A stretch of 64,000 bases of DNA from assembly GCA_016210205.1 (NCBI GenBank), contig JACQUO010000023.1, forward strand, positions 3,788-67,787, given 5' to 3'. Of the stretch, positions 40,377 through 50,142 are shown piece by piece. Position 1 is the first letter of the stretch. Each line of letters begins with the position of its first letter. The notes below the pieces were generated by a model. It had not been told where the DNA came from and did no database searches. It saw only the letters and a list, made by a program, of their open reading frames with translations. The position numbers and the translations under genes were made by a program. The stretch is from Chloroflexota bacterium. GTDB lineage: Bacteria; Chloroflexota; Dehalococcoidia; JACQUO01.

Positions 40377-40405
40377 TTGCGCTTACGACGATTTTGTAGT
40401 AATAT
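40377..40405 (+). promoter_or_regulatory. Sigma70-type promoter
   Basis: TTGCGC-17 nt-TAATAT, about 100 nt upstream of zinc-ribbon gene. Confidence 0.5.
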
Positions 40406-40511
40406 TCTAAGGAGTGTCAAGCGTCTCGTGTCCCCCAGCAAGAGCGTCAGAGTGTCCTTAGCCACGGCGACCGAACCTTAGACAACTACTTTTGAAGAAA
40501 GGAGGTCGCCA

Positions 40512-40832
40512 ATGAGCTATCAGGACAGAAATCTGACCTGCCAGGAATGTGGAAAGCAGTTTGTGTATTCGGCCGATGACCAGTCGTTCCACGCCCTTAA
40601 GGGTTACACAAACGAGCCCAAGCGATGCCCCTCTTGCCGCCAAGCTCGGCGCGAGGGAAGCGGAAGCTCCTCGCGGGGAAGTTACCCCCGCACAGAGCAG
40701 CGCGAGATGTTTCCAGCGGTATGCGCTTCATGTGGCAAAGAAACCACAGTGCCCTTCCGGCCCAAGGGTGACCGGCCGGTGTACTGCAGCGATTGCTTCA
40801 GACGCCAGCCCGCCCGCTCTGGCCGGTACTAA
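40512..40832 (+). CDS. Zinc-ribbon / CxxC-x17-CxxC domain protein
   Basis: CQECG..F...EPKRCPSC and CASCG..VPF.P...RPVYCSDC; AAGGAGG RBS. Confidence 0.9.
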   Translation: MSYQDRNLTCQECGKQFVYSADDQSFHALKGYTNEPKRCPSCRQARREGSGSSSRGSYPRTEQREMFPAVCASCGKETTVPFRPKGDRPVYCSDCFRRQPARSGRY

Positions 40833-40852
40833 CCGGTACTAACGGGAACTGC

Positions 40853-40885
40853 GAGGGGGCGCCATTTCGCCCCCTCAAGGTTTTT
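40853..40885 (+). terminator. Intrinsic terminator
   Basis: GAGGGGGCG-loop-CGCCCCCTC then AAGGTTTTT. Confidence 0.65.
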
Positions 40886-41076
40886 CACCCGCTGAACCCC
40901 ACAAACAAGGGCCTTCGGGCGACGGTAGCTATGTCGTCTTCACCCCCGTCAAAATATGCTAGCCAGACAACACAACCGACAACAGCAACCAGTGTTTCTG
41001 CCAGCAATGTGCCTCCCCAGCTTTCCTATTTCTCCCTTTATCGCCCCTGCTACATCCGCGCTTTTCAAGTAAGGCT

Positions 41077-41104
41077 TTGCACTTTGTAAATAGAGGAGTA
41101 TAAT
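41077..41104 (+). promoter_or_regulatory. Sigma70-type promoter
   Basis: TTGCAC-16 nt-TATAAT. Confidence 0.65.
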
Positions 41105-41266
41105 AGCTGTGTCTCGGATTGCTCCTTAACAACTACATAGAGACAGCCTGAACCACGAGGCCGCGCCCGGGAACCCAGAACCGGGGGTGGCTCTTGTGTG
41201 GGAAGGTCACCCCAAATGTCCGCAACTTTAGGGCCGGCATGAGCGGAGAGGCCAGGCCGAGAGGAG

Positions 41267-41437
41267 ATGTTCAACTTGGGAATCCCCATTTACGTGTTTA
41301 TATTCGTCGGACTGTGGCTGTTTTCAGCCACCTGCGGCGTGCTAATCCTGCGGAGCCAGGCCAAGAAGAGGAAGGCGGCCCAGCAGCAGCAAAAGAGCTC
41401 CACCCCCGGCGAGGGCCCTACTCCCTCCACCCATTAA
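41267..41437 (+). CDS. 56-aa single-TM small protein, not in ORF track
   Basis: MFNLGIPIYVFIFVGLWLFSATCGVLILRSQAKKRKAAQQQQKSSTPGEGPTPSTH; hydrophobic helix then basic cluster; promoter upstream; purine-rich GAGAGGAG abuts the ATG (atypical spacing). Confidence 0.6.
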   Translation: MFNLGIPIYVFIFVGLWLFSATCGVLILRSQAKKRKAAQQQQKSSTPGEGPTPSTH

Positions 41438-41738
41438 GAGCCTCCCCGTCAATCTCACCAGGAAGGACCAAGCCAACAACCCCACAACCCCACCGCAAGC
41501 CAGAAGCAACGCCCGACACCCTAACGCTCATGCCCTCCCCTGAAGCTGCAGACCACAGCGCTCCATTATGCCCCTGGCAACAGCCAGCTTAGACAAATCT
41601 TCTTCAAACACCTAAAGCTGGAAGATACTAGGGGTGTTTTTTTCTTTTCAGCTTGTCCTTGCCCTGAAGATGTCCCCACAAAAACCATAATGTGGTATAT
41701 TTCTACTCACAAGCATTGGGAGCAAGGGGACATCAGAG

Positions 41739-43130
41739 ATGAGCACAAAGACAAGGATAGAGAAGGACGCCCTGGGCGCCCGGGAGGTGCCCGCTGAGGC
41801 CTACTACGGCATCCAGACGCTCCGGGCCAGGGAGAACTTCCCCATCAGCGGCCTCCACCCTCACCCCGAGCTCATCCGCGCCTCGGCCCTGATAAAGCTG
41901 GCCGCGGCCCAGGCCAACCAGTCCCTGGGAAAGTTGGACAGCCGCATAGCCCATGCCATCACCCAGGCAGCCCGCGAGGTCAGCGCGGGCCAGTGGCGAG
42001 ACCACTTCATCGTCGACCCCTTCCAGGCAGGTGCCGGCACCTCACATAACATGAACACCAACGAGGTCCTGGCCAACCGGGCCGCGGAGCTCCTGGGGGG
42101 TCAGAAGGGGGACTACCGCATAGTCCACCCCAACGACCATGTCAACCTCTCCCAATCCAGCAACGACTTCTTCCCCACCGTCATCCGCCTGACCTGCCTC
42201 GCCCTCCTGGAGCCTTTCTTGAAATCGCTGCGGGCGCTGGAAGTTGCCCTTCAGGACAAGGCCAGGGAGTTCGACGGCATCCTCAAGACGGGCCGAACCC
42301 ATCTGGAGGACGCCGTCCCGATGCGGCTGGGCCAGGAGTTCGGAGGGTATGCGGCGGCCCTGGCCCGGGCGGCCGCCCGCCTGGAGGCCACCAAGCTTAA
42401 CCTGGGGGAGATGAACCTGGGGGCCACCGCCGCCGGCACAGGCGTGGGCAGCCCGGCGGCCTACCGCCAGGCAGTGGTGGCCCGGCTCCAGGAGCTCACC
42501 GGCTACCAGCTGCGCCCTGCCTCCAACTACTTTGAAGTGACCCAGAGCGCTGCGGCCTTCGCCGAGCTCTCCGGCGACTTAAAGCTCCTGGCCCTGGAGC
42601 TCATCCGCATCGCCAACGACCTGCGCCTCCTCTCCTCGGGCCCCAGGACCGGCCTCGGTGAGATAAACTTGCCCGCGGTTCAGCCCGGCTCCTCCATCAT
42701 GCCCGGGAAGGTGAACCCATCCATCCCCGAGGCCCTGAATATGATAGCCTTCCAGGTGGTGGGGAACGACCAGGCGGTGGCCCTGGCCACCCAGGCGGGG
42801 CAGATGGAGCTAAATGTCATGACGCCGGTCATCGCCTTCAACCTCACCTTCTCGCTGGACATCCTGAGAGCCGGCCTTGACACTTTCACCACCAGGTGCG
42901 TCAGGGGCATCACAGTGAACCCGGAGCGGTGCCGGGAGCTGGCCGAGGCCAGCCTGGGCCTGGCCACGGCCCTGAGCCCCTATCTGGGGTACGAGCGAGC
43001 CGCCGCAGTGGCCCAGGAGGCCCAGCGCCGCCGACTCACCGTCCGCGAGGTGGTCCTGGAGCAGAAGCTGCTCACCCCAGAGCAAATGGCCCAGGCCTTC
43101 GACCTGCGGCGCCTCACCGAGCCCGAATGA
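41739..43130 (+). CDS. aspA: Aspartate ammonia-lyase (fumarase/aspartase superfamily)
   Basis: YYGIQTLRA.ENF, QAGAGTS.NMN.NEV, GRTHLEDAVP, GSSIMPGKVNP, GQMELNV. Confidence 0.85.
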   Translation: MSTKTRIEKDALGAREVPAEAYYGIQTLRARENFPISGLHPHPELIRASALIKLAAAQANQSLGKLDSRIAHAITQAAREVSAGQWRDHFIVDPFQAGAGTSHNMNTNEVLANRAAELLGGQKGDYRIVHPNDHVNLSQSSNDFFPTVIRLTCLALLEPFLKSLRALEVALQDKAREFDGILKTGRTHLEDAVPMRLGQEFGGYAAALARAAARLEATKLNLGEMNLGATAAGTGVGSPAAYRQAVVARLQELTGYQLRPASNYFEVTQSAAAFAELSGDLKLLALELIRIANDLRLLSSGPRTGLGEINLPAVQPGSSIMPGKVNPSIPEALNMIAFQVVGNDQAVALATQAGQMELNVMTPVIAFNLTFSLDILRAGLDTFTTRCVRGITVNPERCRELAEASLGLATALSPYLGYERAAAVAQEAQRRRLTVREVVLEQKLLTPEQMAQAFDLRRLTEPE

Positions 43131-43157
43131 GAGAGGCCTCCCTTCAGGAGACCGTCC

Positions 43158-43985
43158 ATGCCTTCTAAAATCAACTTCGCGCTCCTGGACCAGCCCCACA
43201 TCCTGGCCTCCGCTTTCTACCCCCGGCGGGAGTGGAGCGACCCACCCCCGGGAACAAGTGACTATATGATTCCCGTGGCTGGGGGTTCCCCAGATATCGC
43301 CGTCCATGCCCGCCTCTACCCCGCCGAGGCCGGCGGCAGCGCCCCCACCATCCTCTACTTTCATGGCAATGGCGAGGTGGTCAGCGACTACGACTTCGTC
43401 TCCCCTTTTTACAGCGGCCTGGGCCTCAACCTCTGCGTGGCGGACTTCCGCGGCTACGGCAAGAGCGGCGGCGGCCCCTCCTTCTCCGCCCTCAACGGGG
43501 ATGCCCATCCCATCTTCCGCTATCTGATGGCAAAGCGCCGGGAGTGGGGGCACACCGGCCTCCTCTTCGTCATGGGGCGCTCTATGGGAGCCCAGCCCGC
43601 CCTGGAGCTGGCCTCCAGCTACCCCGATGAGCTGAAGGGCCTTATCGTGGAGAGCGGCCTCTCCGACCCCTCCCGCATGGCCACCCGCCTCGCCCCTTAC
43701 ACCGACACGGCGGCCCTGGAGGAGTTCGTTCGGGCCAGCCAGGAGCGCCTCCGCTCCGTGCGGCTGCCGCTGCTGGCCATCCACGGCGACTGGGATGAAA
43801 TCATCCCCTACGATAGGGCAGTGCAGTTCTTCTCCCAGGTAGGCTCGGAGGACAAGCGCTTCGTCACCATCCACGGGGCGGGCCACAATGACTTGTTGCT
43901 GCGGGGCCTGGATGAATACCTGGGGGCCATCCGGGAATTCGTCTTTGGAGGCAGTGGGAAGCTCCCTTCAGGGCAGAGAGGTTAG
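43158..43985 (+). CDS. Alpha/beta hydrolase
   Basis: FHGNGE, DFRGYGKS, GRSMG nucleophile elbow, HGDWD, GAGHND. Confidence 0.9.
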   Translation: MPSKINFALLDQPHILASAFYPRREWSDPPPGTSDYMIPVAGGSPDIAVHARLYPAEAGGSAPTILYFHGNGEVVSDYDFVSPFYSGLGLNLCVADFRGYGKSGGGPSFSALNGDAHPIFRYLMAKRREWGHTGLLFVMGRSMGAQPALELASSYPDELKGLIVESGLSDPSRMATRLAPYTDTAALEEFVRASQERLRSVRLPLLAIHGDWDEIIPYDRAVQFFSQVGSEDKRFVTIHGAGHNDLLLRGLDEYLGAIREFVFGGSGKLPSGQRG

Positions 43986-43991
43986 CGGGCT

Positions 43992-45236
43992 TTGATTCGC
44001 CTGCTCCACCTGGCCGACCTGCACCTGGGCCTTGAGACCCACGGCCATCCCGACCCGGCCACCGGCCTCTCCACCCGCTTGGTGGACTTTCTAGCCGCCC
44101 TTGACCAGGTGGTGGAGTATGCTCTGGCCCAAGATGTCCACCTCTGCCTCTTCTGCGGCGACGCCTACAAGGGCCGCGACCCCAGCCAGACCCAGCAGCG
44201 GGAGTTCGCCCGTCGCGTCCAGCGCCTGGCCGCCGGCGGCGTGGCCGTTTTCCTGGTGGCCGGCAACCACGACCTGCCCCACGCCTTCGGGCGGGCCACC
44301 GCGGTGGAGATTTTCCAGACCCTGACCATCCCCGGGGTGACCGTGGCCAACAAGCCAGGCGTCCATCGGCTGGAGACCAGGGGCGGCGCCCTGCAAATCA
44401 TCGCCCTCCCCTGGGCCCGGCGCAGCCACTACCTCACCCGGGACGAGAGCAAGGGTCTCACCCCCCAGGAAATCGACCGGCGGATGGAGTCAGTCCTGAC
44501 CAAATGGTTCGAGGAGGAGCGAGACCGCCTGGACCCGGCCCTGCCCTCGGTGCTAGCGGCCCACCTGTGGGTGAACACCGCCAGGGCCGGCTCGGAGGGG
44601 GCCATCATGGAGGGACAGGGCCCTGTGTTTCTCCAGAGCGTCTTGGCCCGGCCACCCCTCGACTACGGGGCCTTGGGGCATATCCACCGCCAGCAGGTCT
44701 TGTCCTTAGCGCCGCCCCTGGTCTATGCAGGGAGCCTCCAGGCCCTGGACTTCAGCGATGAGGGCCAAGAGAAGGGCTTCTATGTGGTGGAGCTAGACGC
44801 CTCTCGCCCCCCTGGGCTGCGGGCGGCCTCCCTGGAGTTCCACCGGCTCGAGACCCGCCCCTTCCTGACCATCGAGGTTGACGCCACCGCCAGCCCCGAC
44901 CCCACGCAAACCGCCCTGGAAGCCATAAGCCGACACCCTGTCAGCGGGGCCATCGTCCGTCTCAAGGTGAAGGTGACTGCCCCCCAGAGGCGCTCCCTCC
45001 GGGAGGTGGAGCTCCGCCGGGCCCTGCAAGAGGCCCACCATGTGGCGGCTATGGCGGTGGAGGTGACGGGCCAAAAGCGTGGCCGCCTCCCCCTGCTCCC
45101 GGGCCTGGCCCCCACAGAGGCCCTGCGCCGCTATCTAGAGGCCAAGCGGCCTCCCCTGCAGCCCGAGGAGCTGGCACGGCTGATGGAATATGGGGAGCGC
45201 CTCATCGCCGACACCCTCACCACCCCTAATCCTTGA
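43992..45236 (+). CDS. sbcD: SbcD/Mre11 nuclease
   Basis: ADLHLG, GDAY, GNHD, AH, ALGHIH, YAGS. Confidence 0.92.
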   Translation: MIRLLHLADLHLGLETHGHPDPATGLSTRLVDFLAALDQVVEYALAQDVHLCLFCGDAYKGRDPSQTQQREFARRVQRLAAGGVAVFLVAGNHDLPHAFGRATAVEIFQTLTIPGVTVANKPGVHRLETRGGALQIIALPWARRSHYLTRDESKGLTPQEIDRRMESVLTKWFEEERDRLDPALPSVLAAHLWVNTARAGSEGAIMEGQGPVFLQSVLARPPLDYGALGHIHRQQVLSLAPPLVYAGSLQALDFSDEGQEKGFYVVELDASRPPGLRAASLEFHRLETRPFLTIEVDATASPDPTQTALEAISRHPVSGAIVRLKVKVTAPQRRSLREVELRRALQEAHHVAAMAVEVTGQKRGRLPLLPGLAPTEALRRYLEAKRPPLQPEELARLMEYGERLIADTLTTPNP

Positions 45237-45237
45237 T

Positions 45238-46812
45238 ATGATAGCTCTGACCTGCTATGGGGGTGTGGGCGAAATCGGGGGCAACAAGCTGCTCCTGGAG
45301 GACGGCGAGAGCCGTCTCTTCTTCGACTTCGGCACGAGCTACGGGCAGCGCTACCGCTACTTCGAGGAGTATCTCAAGCCCCGCACCGGCGCCGGCCTCC
45401 TGGACTATCTGGAGATGGGCTTGCTGCCTCCCCTGCGCGGCCTCTATCGAGAAGACCTCATCCCCAGCGGCCAGCGCGGCCTTCCAGGCGAGGCCGCCTT
45501 TTGGCAGACTTTCTCGGCCTCGCCTGCCTACCGGGACCTCCAGGGTCAAGAAATCCACGGGGTGCTCCTCTCTCACGCCCACCTGGACCACAGCGGAGCC
45601 ATCTCCTTCCTGCGGGGCGACATCCCTGTTTACACCACCCTCACCACCGCCTTCACCGCCAAGGCCATCCAGGACACAGGCAAGTCCTCCGACCTGGACG
45701 GCGAGATATGCTACTTCAGCCGCCGCTCTCTGGAAGGGGATTACCTGTCCCCAGAGCGAGGCTCCGGCTACCAGGGACGGCCGTTCGTCATCGTCGGTGG
45801 CCAGGCGCCCAGCCCTGAGGCCGCTCTGTTCTGGAGACAGTCCCCCTCCACCAAGGCGCTGCACCTCGACCGCGCCCAGCTTCCCGCGAATCAGATAGGT
45901 CGCCTGCCCCTGCGGGCCTTCCCCCTGGACCATTCCGTCCTGGGGGCGGCGGGCTACGCCGTGGAGACCAGCCAGGGGTGGGTGGCCTACAGCGGCGACC
46001 TCCGTCTCCACGGGGCCCGGGGCCAGCGCTCGCGGGACTTCGCCGCCGGCCTAGCGGCGCTGCGGCCCCTGGCCTTCCTCTGCGAGGGCACGCGGGCCGG
46101 GGAAGGCCCCGGCGTCACCGAGGAGGAGGCCTTCCGCAGCTGCCTGGCCGCGGCCAGGGAAGCCAAAGGCATGGTAGTGGCCGACTTCGGCGCCCGCAAT
46201 GTAGAGCGCCTCTTCTCCTTTGCGGCCATCGCGGCGGAGACCAAGCGCCGGCTGGTCATCACCCCCCGGGATGCCTATCTGCTGGAGGCCCTCTACCTCG
46301 CGGAGCCGGAGCTGCCCGGCTTGTGGGGGGATGTCCTCATCTACCAGGAGCGCCGCGGCAAGCGGGACAAGTGGGAGAAAGGGCTTTGGGAGCGTCACGC
46401 GGGACGGGCCATCAGGGCGGAGGACATGAGGGGTGACCTGGGCCGCTTCATCCTCTGCTTCTCCTTCTGGGATGTGAACGAGCTCATCGACCTGGCCCCC
46501 CGCGGCGGCGCCTACATCTACTCCTCCACCGAGGCCCACAACGAGGAGCAAGCGCTGGACCTGAGGCGGCTGGAGAACTGGGTGGGGCACTTCGGCCTGG
46601 CGCTCCGGGGCCATCCGGAGCGGGAGCGGGGCTTCCACGCCTCCGGCCATGCCAGCGGCGAGGAGCTTCTGGCCCTTATACGACAGGTGCGGCCCCACTA
46701 CCTGGTGCCTATCCACACCGAGCATCCCGAATACTTCGCCGCCGGGCTTGCGGGCACGGGGATAGAGGTGTCGCCGCCGGAGTATGGACGGCGGCTGGCG
46801 TTTGGGGGATAA
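45238..46812 (+). CDS. Metallo-beta-lactamase / beta-CASP nuclease (RNase J-like)
   Basis: GGVGEIGGN, SHAHLDH, DHS, YSGDLR.HG, CEGT, HASGHA, PIHTE. Confidence 0.88.
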   Translation: MIALTCYGGVGEIGGNKLLLEDGESRLFFDFGTSYGQRYRYFEEYLKPRTGAGLLDYLEMGLLPPLRGLYREDLIPSGQRGLPGEAAFWQTFSASPAYRDLQGQEIHGVLLSHAHLDHSGAISFLRGDIPVYTTLTTAFTAKAIQDTGKSSDLDGEICYFSRRSLEGDYLSPERGSGYQGRPFVIVGGQAPSPEAALFWRQSPSTKALHLDRAQLPANQIGRLPLRAFPLDHSVLGAAGYAVETSQGWVAYSGDLRLHGARGQRSRDFAAGLAALRPLAFLCEGTRAGEGPGVTEEEAFRSCLAAAREAKGMVVADFGARNVERLFSFAAIAAETKRRLVITPRDAYLLEALYLAEPELPGLWGDVLIYQERRGKRDKWEKGLWERHAGRAIRAEDMRGDLGRFILCFSFWDVNELIDLAPRGGAYIYSSTEAHNEEQALDLRRLENWVGHFGLALRGHPERERGFHASGHASGEELLALIRQVRPHYLVPIHTEHPEYFAAGLAGTGIEVSPPEYGRRLAFGG

Positions 46813-46910
46813 TGGGCGAAAGTCTGGGAGGAAGCGAGGTCATCTTATGAGCTTGCCCAAGCAACGGCTTTTGCCCACAAGCTAACCTCTAGCCTGCATA
46901 GGTCCGCTCT

Positions 46911-49475
46911 GTGCTGCCTCTGAAGCTCACCCTCCACAACTTCATGTGCTACGGGGAGGATGTCCCCCCCCTCTCCTTCGAGGGCATCCCCCTGGCCTGC
47001 CTCTGCGGGGACAACGGCCACGGCAAGTCCGCCCTCCTGGACGCCATCACCTGGGCCCTGTGGGGCCGCGCCCGCGCCCCGGACGACGCCCTGGTCAACT
47101 ACGGCCGCCAGGAGATGACCGTGGCCCTGGAGTTCGCCGTGGGCCCTAACCGCTACCGAGCGCTGCGGGGCCACCAGCGTCCCCGAGGGGCCAAAGGCTC
47201 CGGCAAGTCCTGGCTGGAGCTCCAGGCCCGGGCCGACGGCGACTACCGGGCCCTCTCCGGCGCCAGCCTCCGAGAGACCCAGGAGCAGATAAACCGCCTC
47301 CTCCACCTGGACTACGAGACCTTCGTCAACAGCGCCTTCCTGCGCCAGGGGCGAGCCGACGCCTTCTCCACCAAGACCCCGGGGGAGCGCAAGGCTCTCT
47401 TGGGGGAGATACTGGGGCTTTCTTCCTACGATGAGCTGGAGCAGCAAGCCCGGGGGCTGTCCCGGGAGCGGGAGGCGGAGGCGGCAAGCTTGACGAAAGC
47501 CCTGGAGGCCCTGGAGACCGAGGTGTCCCAGGAAGAGACGCTGACCGAGGAGCAGCGCCAAATCCGCACAGCCCTGGCGGAGGTGGAGGCCTACATCGAG
47601 ATGCAGGAGTTGGCCATGGAGGACCTGCGCGAGCACATCCAGGACCACCTGCACCAGCAGTCCCTCCTGCAGGAGTCCCGACGCCGGCTCACTCAGGCGG
47701 AAAACGAGATGAAGCGGCTCCAGGCCCAGATAGAGGACTGGCAGAGGCAAATCGCCACTTTTCAGGCCGCCCTGGCCGCCCGAGACGAGGTGGAGGCCGG
47801 ATATAGCCGCCTCCTGGCCCTCCGGCAGGAGAACGAGGCGCAAAACCGGGCCCTGGCCCAACTGCGCCGCTGGGAGCTCCAGCGGGGCGAGCTGGAGCTG
47901 GCCCTGGCCCAGGCCCGGGCCGCGCTGGACAAAGAGCAGGCGGTGCTTGAGGCCAACCTGAGGCGCCTCCAGGCCCAGGCGGGGCGGCGCCCTCAACTGG
48001 AGCAAGACCTGGCCCAGGCCAGGGAACGCGAGCAGGGGCTCCTGACCCTTGAAGGCCACCTGCAAGAACGCCGCCAGGCTTTAGCAACCATGGAGGCCAG
48101 CGTCCAGGGGCTGCGCCTCACTAACGCCCAACTCAAGGAGGAGATGCTCGGACTGAAGCAAAAAGTGGACATGCTCAAGGACGGCGATGCCCTCTGCCCC
48201 CTCTGCGGCACCGAGCTGGGCCTCTCCGGTCAAGAGCACATCCGCCGCGAGTACCAGTCCCAGGGAGAGGGGAAAAGAGACCTCTTCCGCGCCAACGAAG
48301 GCGAGTTGACCCGCCTGGAGAAAGAGGCCGTAGACAACACCCGCCTGCTCCAGGCCGAGCAGGCTCGCTTCCTCCAGGAGAGCGCCGGGGGCCAGGCCCA
48401 AGTCCAAACCCTGCAGCGCCAGTTGGAGGAAGCGCATACGGCTGATGAAGAGGCCCAACAGGCCCAAGAGCGAATGGCCAAACTCCAGAGCACCATCGCA
48501 GGAGAGGACTTTGCCCACCAGCAACGGGCTGAACTGGCGCAAGTGCGCGGAGAGATGGCCCGCCTGGCCTACCACCCCGAGGCCCACCAACGGCTGGGCC
48601 AAGACCTGGCCGCCCACGAGGCCTTCGAGCCGCGGCGCCAGGAGCTGGCCCAGGCCGAGGCCTCTCTGGAGCGGAGAATTGAAGGGCTGGAGCAAGCCCA
48701 GACCGCCCTCAGGCAGTGGGAGGAAATCCAGCGGGCCGAGTCCCAGCGCATCACGACCATTGAGCCCGTGCTGGCCGTCATCCCCACCCTCCAGGCGGAC
48801 CTGGAGGGCGCCCAGGGCGCCCTGCGCCAGATGCAGGAGCAGCGCGGCCTCGGACAGAGGGACCTGGGGGCCGTCCAGGAGAAGATGGCTCGCCTCGCTG
48901 CGGCCAAGGAGGATAAGGCCCAAAAAGCCGCTGCTTTAGCCCAGGCGCGTGAGGAAGGGCAGGCCTACCAGGAACTGGCCCGAGCCTTCGGCAAGGACGG
49001 CATCCAGGCCCTCATCATCGAGGCGGCCCTGCCCGAGCTAGAGGAGGAGGCCAACAGGCTCCTGGCTCGCCTGACCGACAACCGCATGCACCTCAAGCTG
49101 GAGACGCAGCGCCTCACCCGCAAGGGAGAGGCTGCCGAGACCCTTCAGATACACATCTCCGACGAGCTGGGCACCCGCCCCTATGAGACCTTCAGCGGCG
49201 GCGAGGCCTTCCGCATCAACTTCGCCCTCCGGGTGGCCCTCTCCCGGCTCCTGGCCCGGCGGGCCGGGGCCCCCCTGCCCACGCTGTTCATCGACGAAGG
49301 GTTCGGCACCCAGGACGCCGCCGGCCGCGAGCGCCTCGTCGAGGCCATCAACGCCATCGCCCCGGACTTCGAGCGCATCATCGTCATCACCCATATGGAG
49401 GAAATAAAGGAGGCCTTCCCCGTCCGTATTGAGGTGTTCAAGGACGAGAAAGGCTGCCGGGTGACGATCACCTAA
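46911..49475 (+). CDS. sbcC: SbcC/Rad50 SMC ATPase
   Basis: Walker A GDNGHGKS, Q-loop LRQG, coiled coils, CPLC hook, FSGGE, LFIDEGFGTQD, VITH. Confidence 0.93.
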   Translation: MLPLKLTLHNFMCYGEDVPPLSFEGIPLACLCGDNGHGKSALLDAITWALWGRARAPDDALVNYGRQEMTVALEFAVGPNRYRALRGHQRPRGAKGSGKSWLELQARADGDYRALSGASLRETQEQINRLLHLDYETFVNSAFLRQGRADAFSTKTPGERKALLGEILGLSSYDELEQQARGLSREREAEAASLTKALEALETEVSQEETLTEEQRQIRTALAEVEAYIEMQELAMEDLREHIQDHLHQQSLLQESRRRLTQAENEMKRLQAQIEDWQRQIATFQAALAARDEVEAGYSRLLALRQENEAQNRALAQLRRWELQRGELELALAQARAALDKEQAVLEANLRRLQAQAGRRPQLEQDLAQAREREQGLLTLEGHLQERRQALATMEASVQGLRLTNAQLKEEMLGLKQKVDMLKDGDALCPLCGTELGLSGQEHIRREYQSQGEGKRDLFRANEGELTRLEKEAVDNTRLLQAEQARFLQESAGGQAQVQTLQRQLEEAHTADEEAQQAQERMAKLQSTIAGEDFAHQQRAELAQVRGEMARLAYHPEAHQRLGQDLAAHEAFEPRRQELAQAEASLERRIEGLEQAQTALRQWEEIQRAESQRITTIEPVLAVIPTLQADLEGAQGALRQMQEQRGLGQRDLGAVQEKMARLAAAKEDKAQKAAALAQAREEGQAYQELARAFGKDGIQALIIEAALPELEEEANRLLARLTDNRMHLKLETQRLTRKGEAAETLQIHISDELGTRPYETFSGGEAFRINFALRVALSRLLARRAGAPLPTLFIDEGFGTQDAAGRERLVEAINAIAPDFERIIVITHMEEIKEAFPVRIEVFKDEKGCRVTIT

Positions 49476-50026
49476 AGGCCCAGGTCCCCGCCGATGCCCT
49501 GCATGGCAGCCAGCCCCAGGGCGACGAACTCCTCCAGGTCCAGGCCCAGCACCGAGCAGAGGGCGATTTGCTCGCGGCTGGCCCCGGCGGCGAAGCGCTT
49601 TTCCTTGAATCGCTTGAGCACCGACTGGGCCTCCACCCCCGCCAGCCTTTTGTCGGGCCGCACCAGAGCGGCGGCAGTGATGAGCCCGGTGAGGGGGTCG
49701 GCGCAGAAGAGGGCCTGGTCCAGGAGGGTCTCCCGTCCGTGTCCGTGGGTCTCATTGTGGCGCAGGATGGCGGCGGCCATCTCCGCGGTGGCCCCCATCT
49801 CCCGGGCCAGGGCGGCGCCCTCACGGCTGTGGCGCGTCATGTCCCCTCCCGTGGCCTCCACATCAATGTCGTGGAGCAGGCCCACCAGGCCCCAGGTAGC
49901 CTCATCCTGGCCCAGACGGCGGGCCAGGCCCCTCATAATCGCCTCGGTAGCCAGCATATGCTTCACCAAGTTGTCGTTCTGCACCCTCGCCCGGATGGCG
50001 GCCAGGGCCGCGGCGCGGTCAATCAT
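49472..50026 (-). CDS. HDIG-domain phosphohydrolase
   Basis: KHMLA.EA.M, GLLHDID, RH, D.LTGLI.A.ALVRP, FAAGASR. Confidence 0.88.
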   Translation of the reverse strand: MIDRAAALAAIRARVQNDNLVKHMLATEAIMRGLARRLGQDEATWGLVGLLHDIDVEATGGDMTRHSREGAALAREMGATAEMAAAILRHNETHGHGRETLLDQALFCADPLTGLITAAALVRPDKRLAGVEAQSVLKRFKEKRFAAGASREQIALCSVLGLDLEEFVALGLAAMQGIGGDLGL

Positions 50027-50142
50027 AGCATCACCCCTTTCTCTGATCGAGCTTGCCCTAAGGCAGGTTAAATAGTAACAAAAGGCCCAGTCTTATGCTA
50101 TCATGCAGGCAAAAGCGCGTAGTGAAGTGATGGGAGGTCACC

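Noticed and set aside
40823..40850. Tandem CCGGTACTAA repeats at the zinc-ribbon gene stop
   Set aside because: Two copies plus a degenerate third; most simply a local slippage duplication
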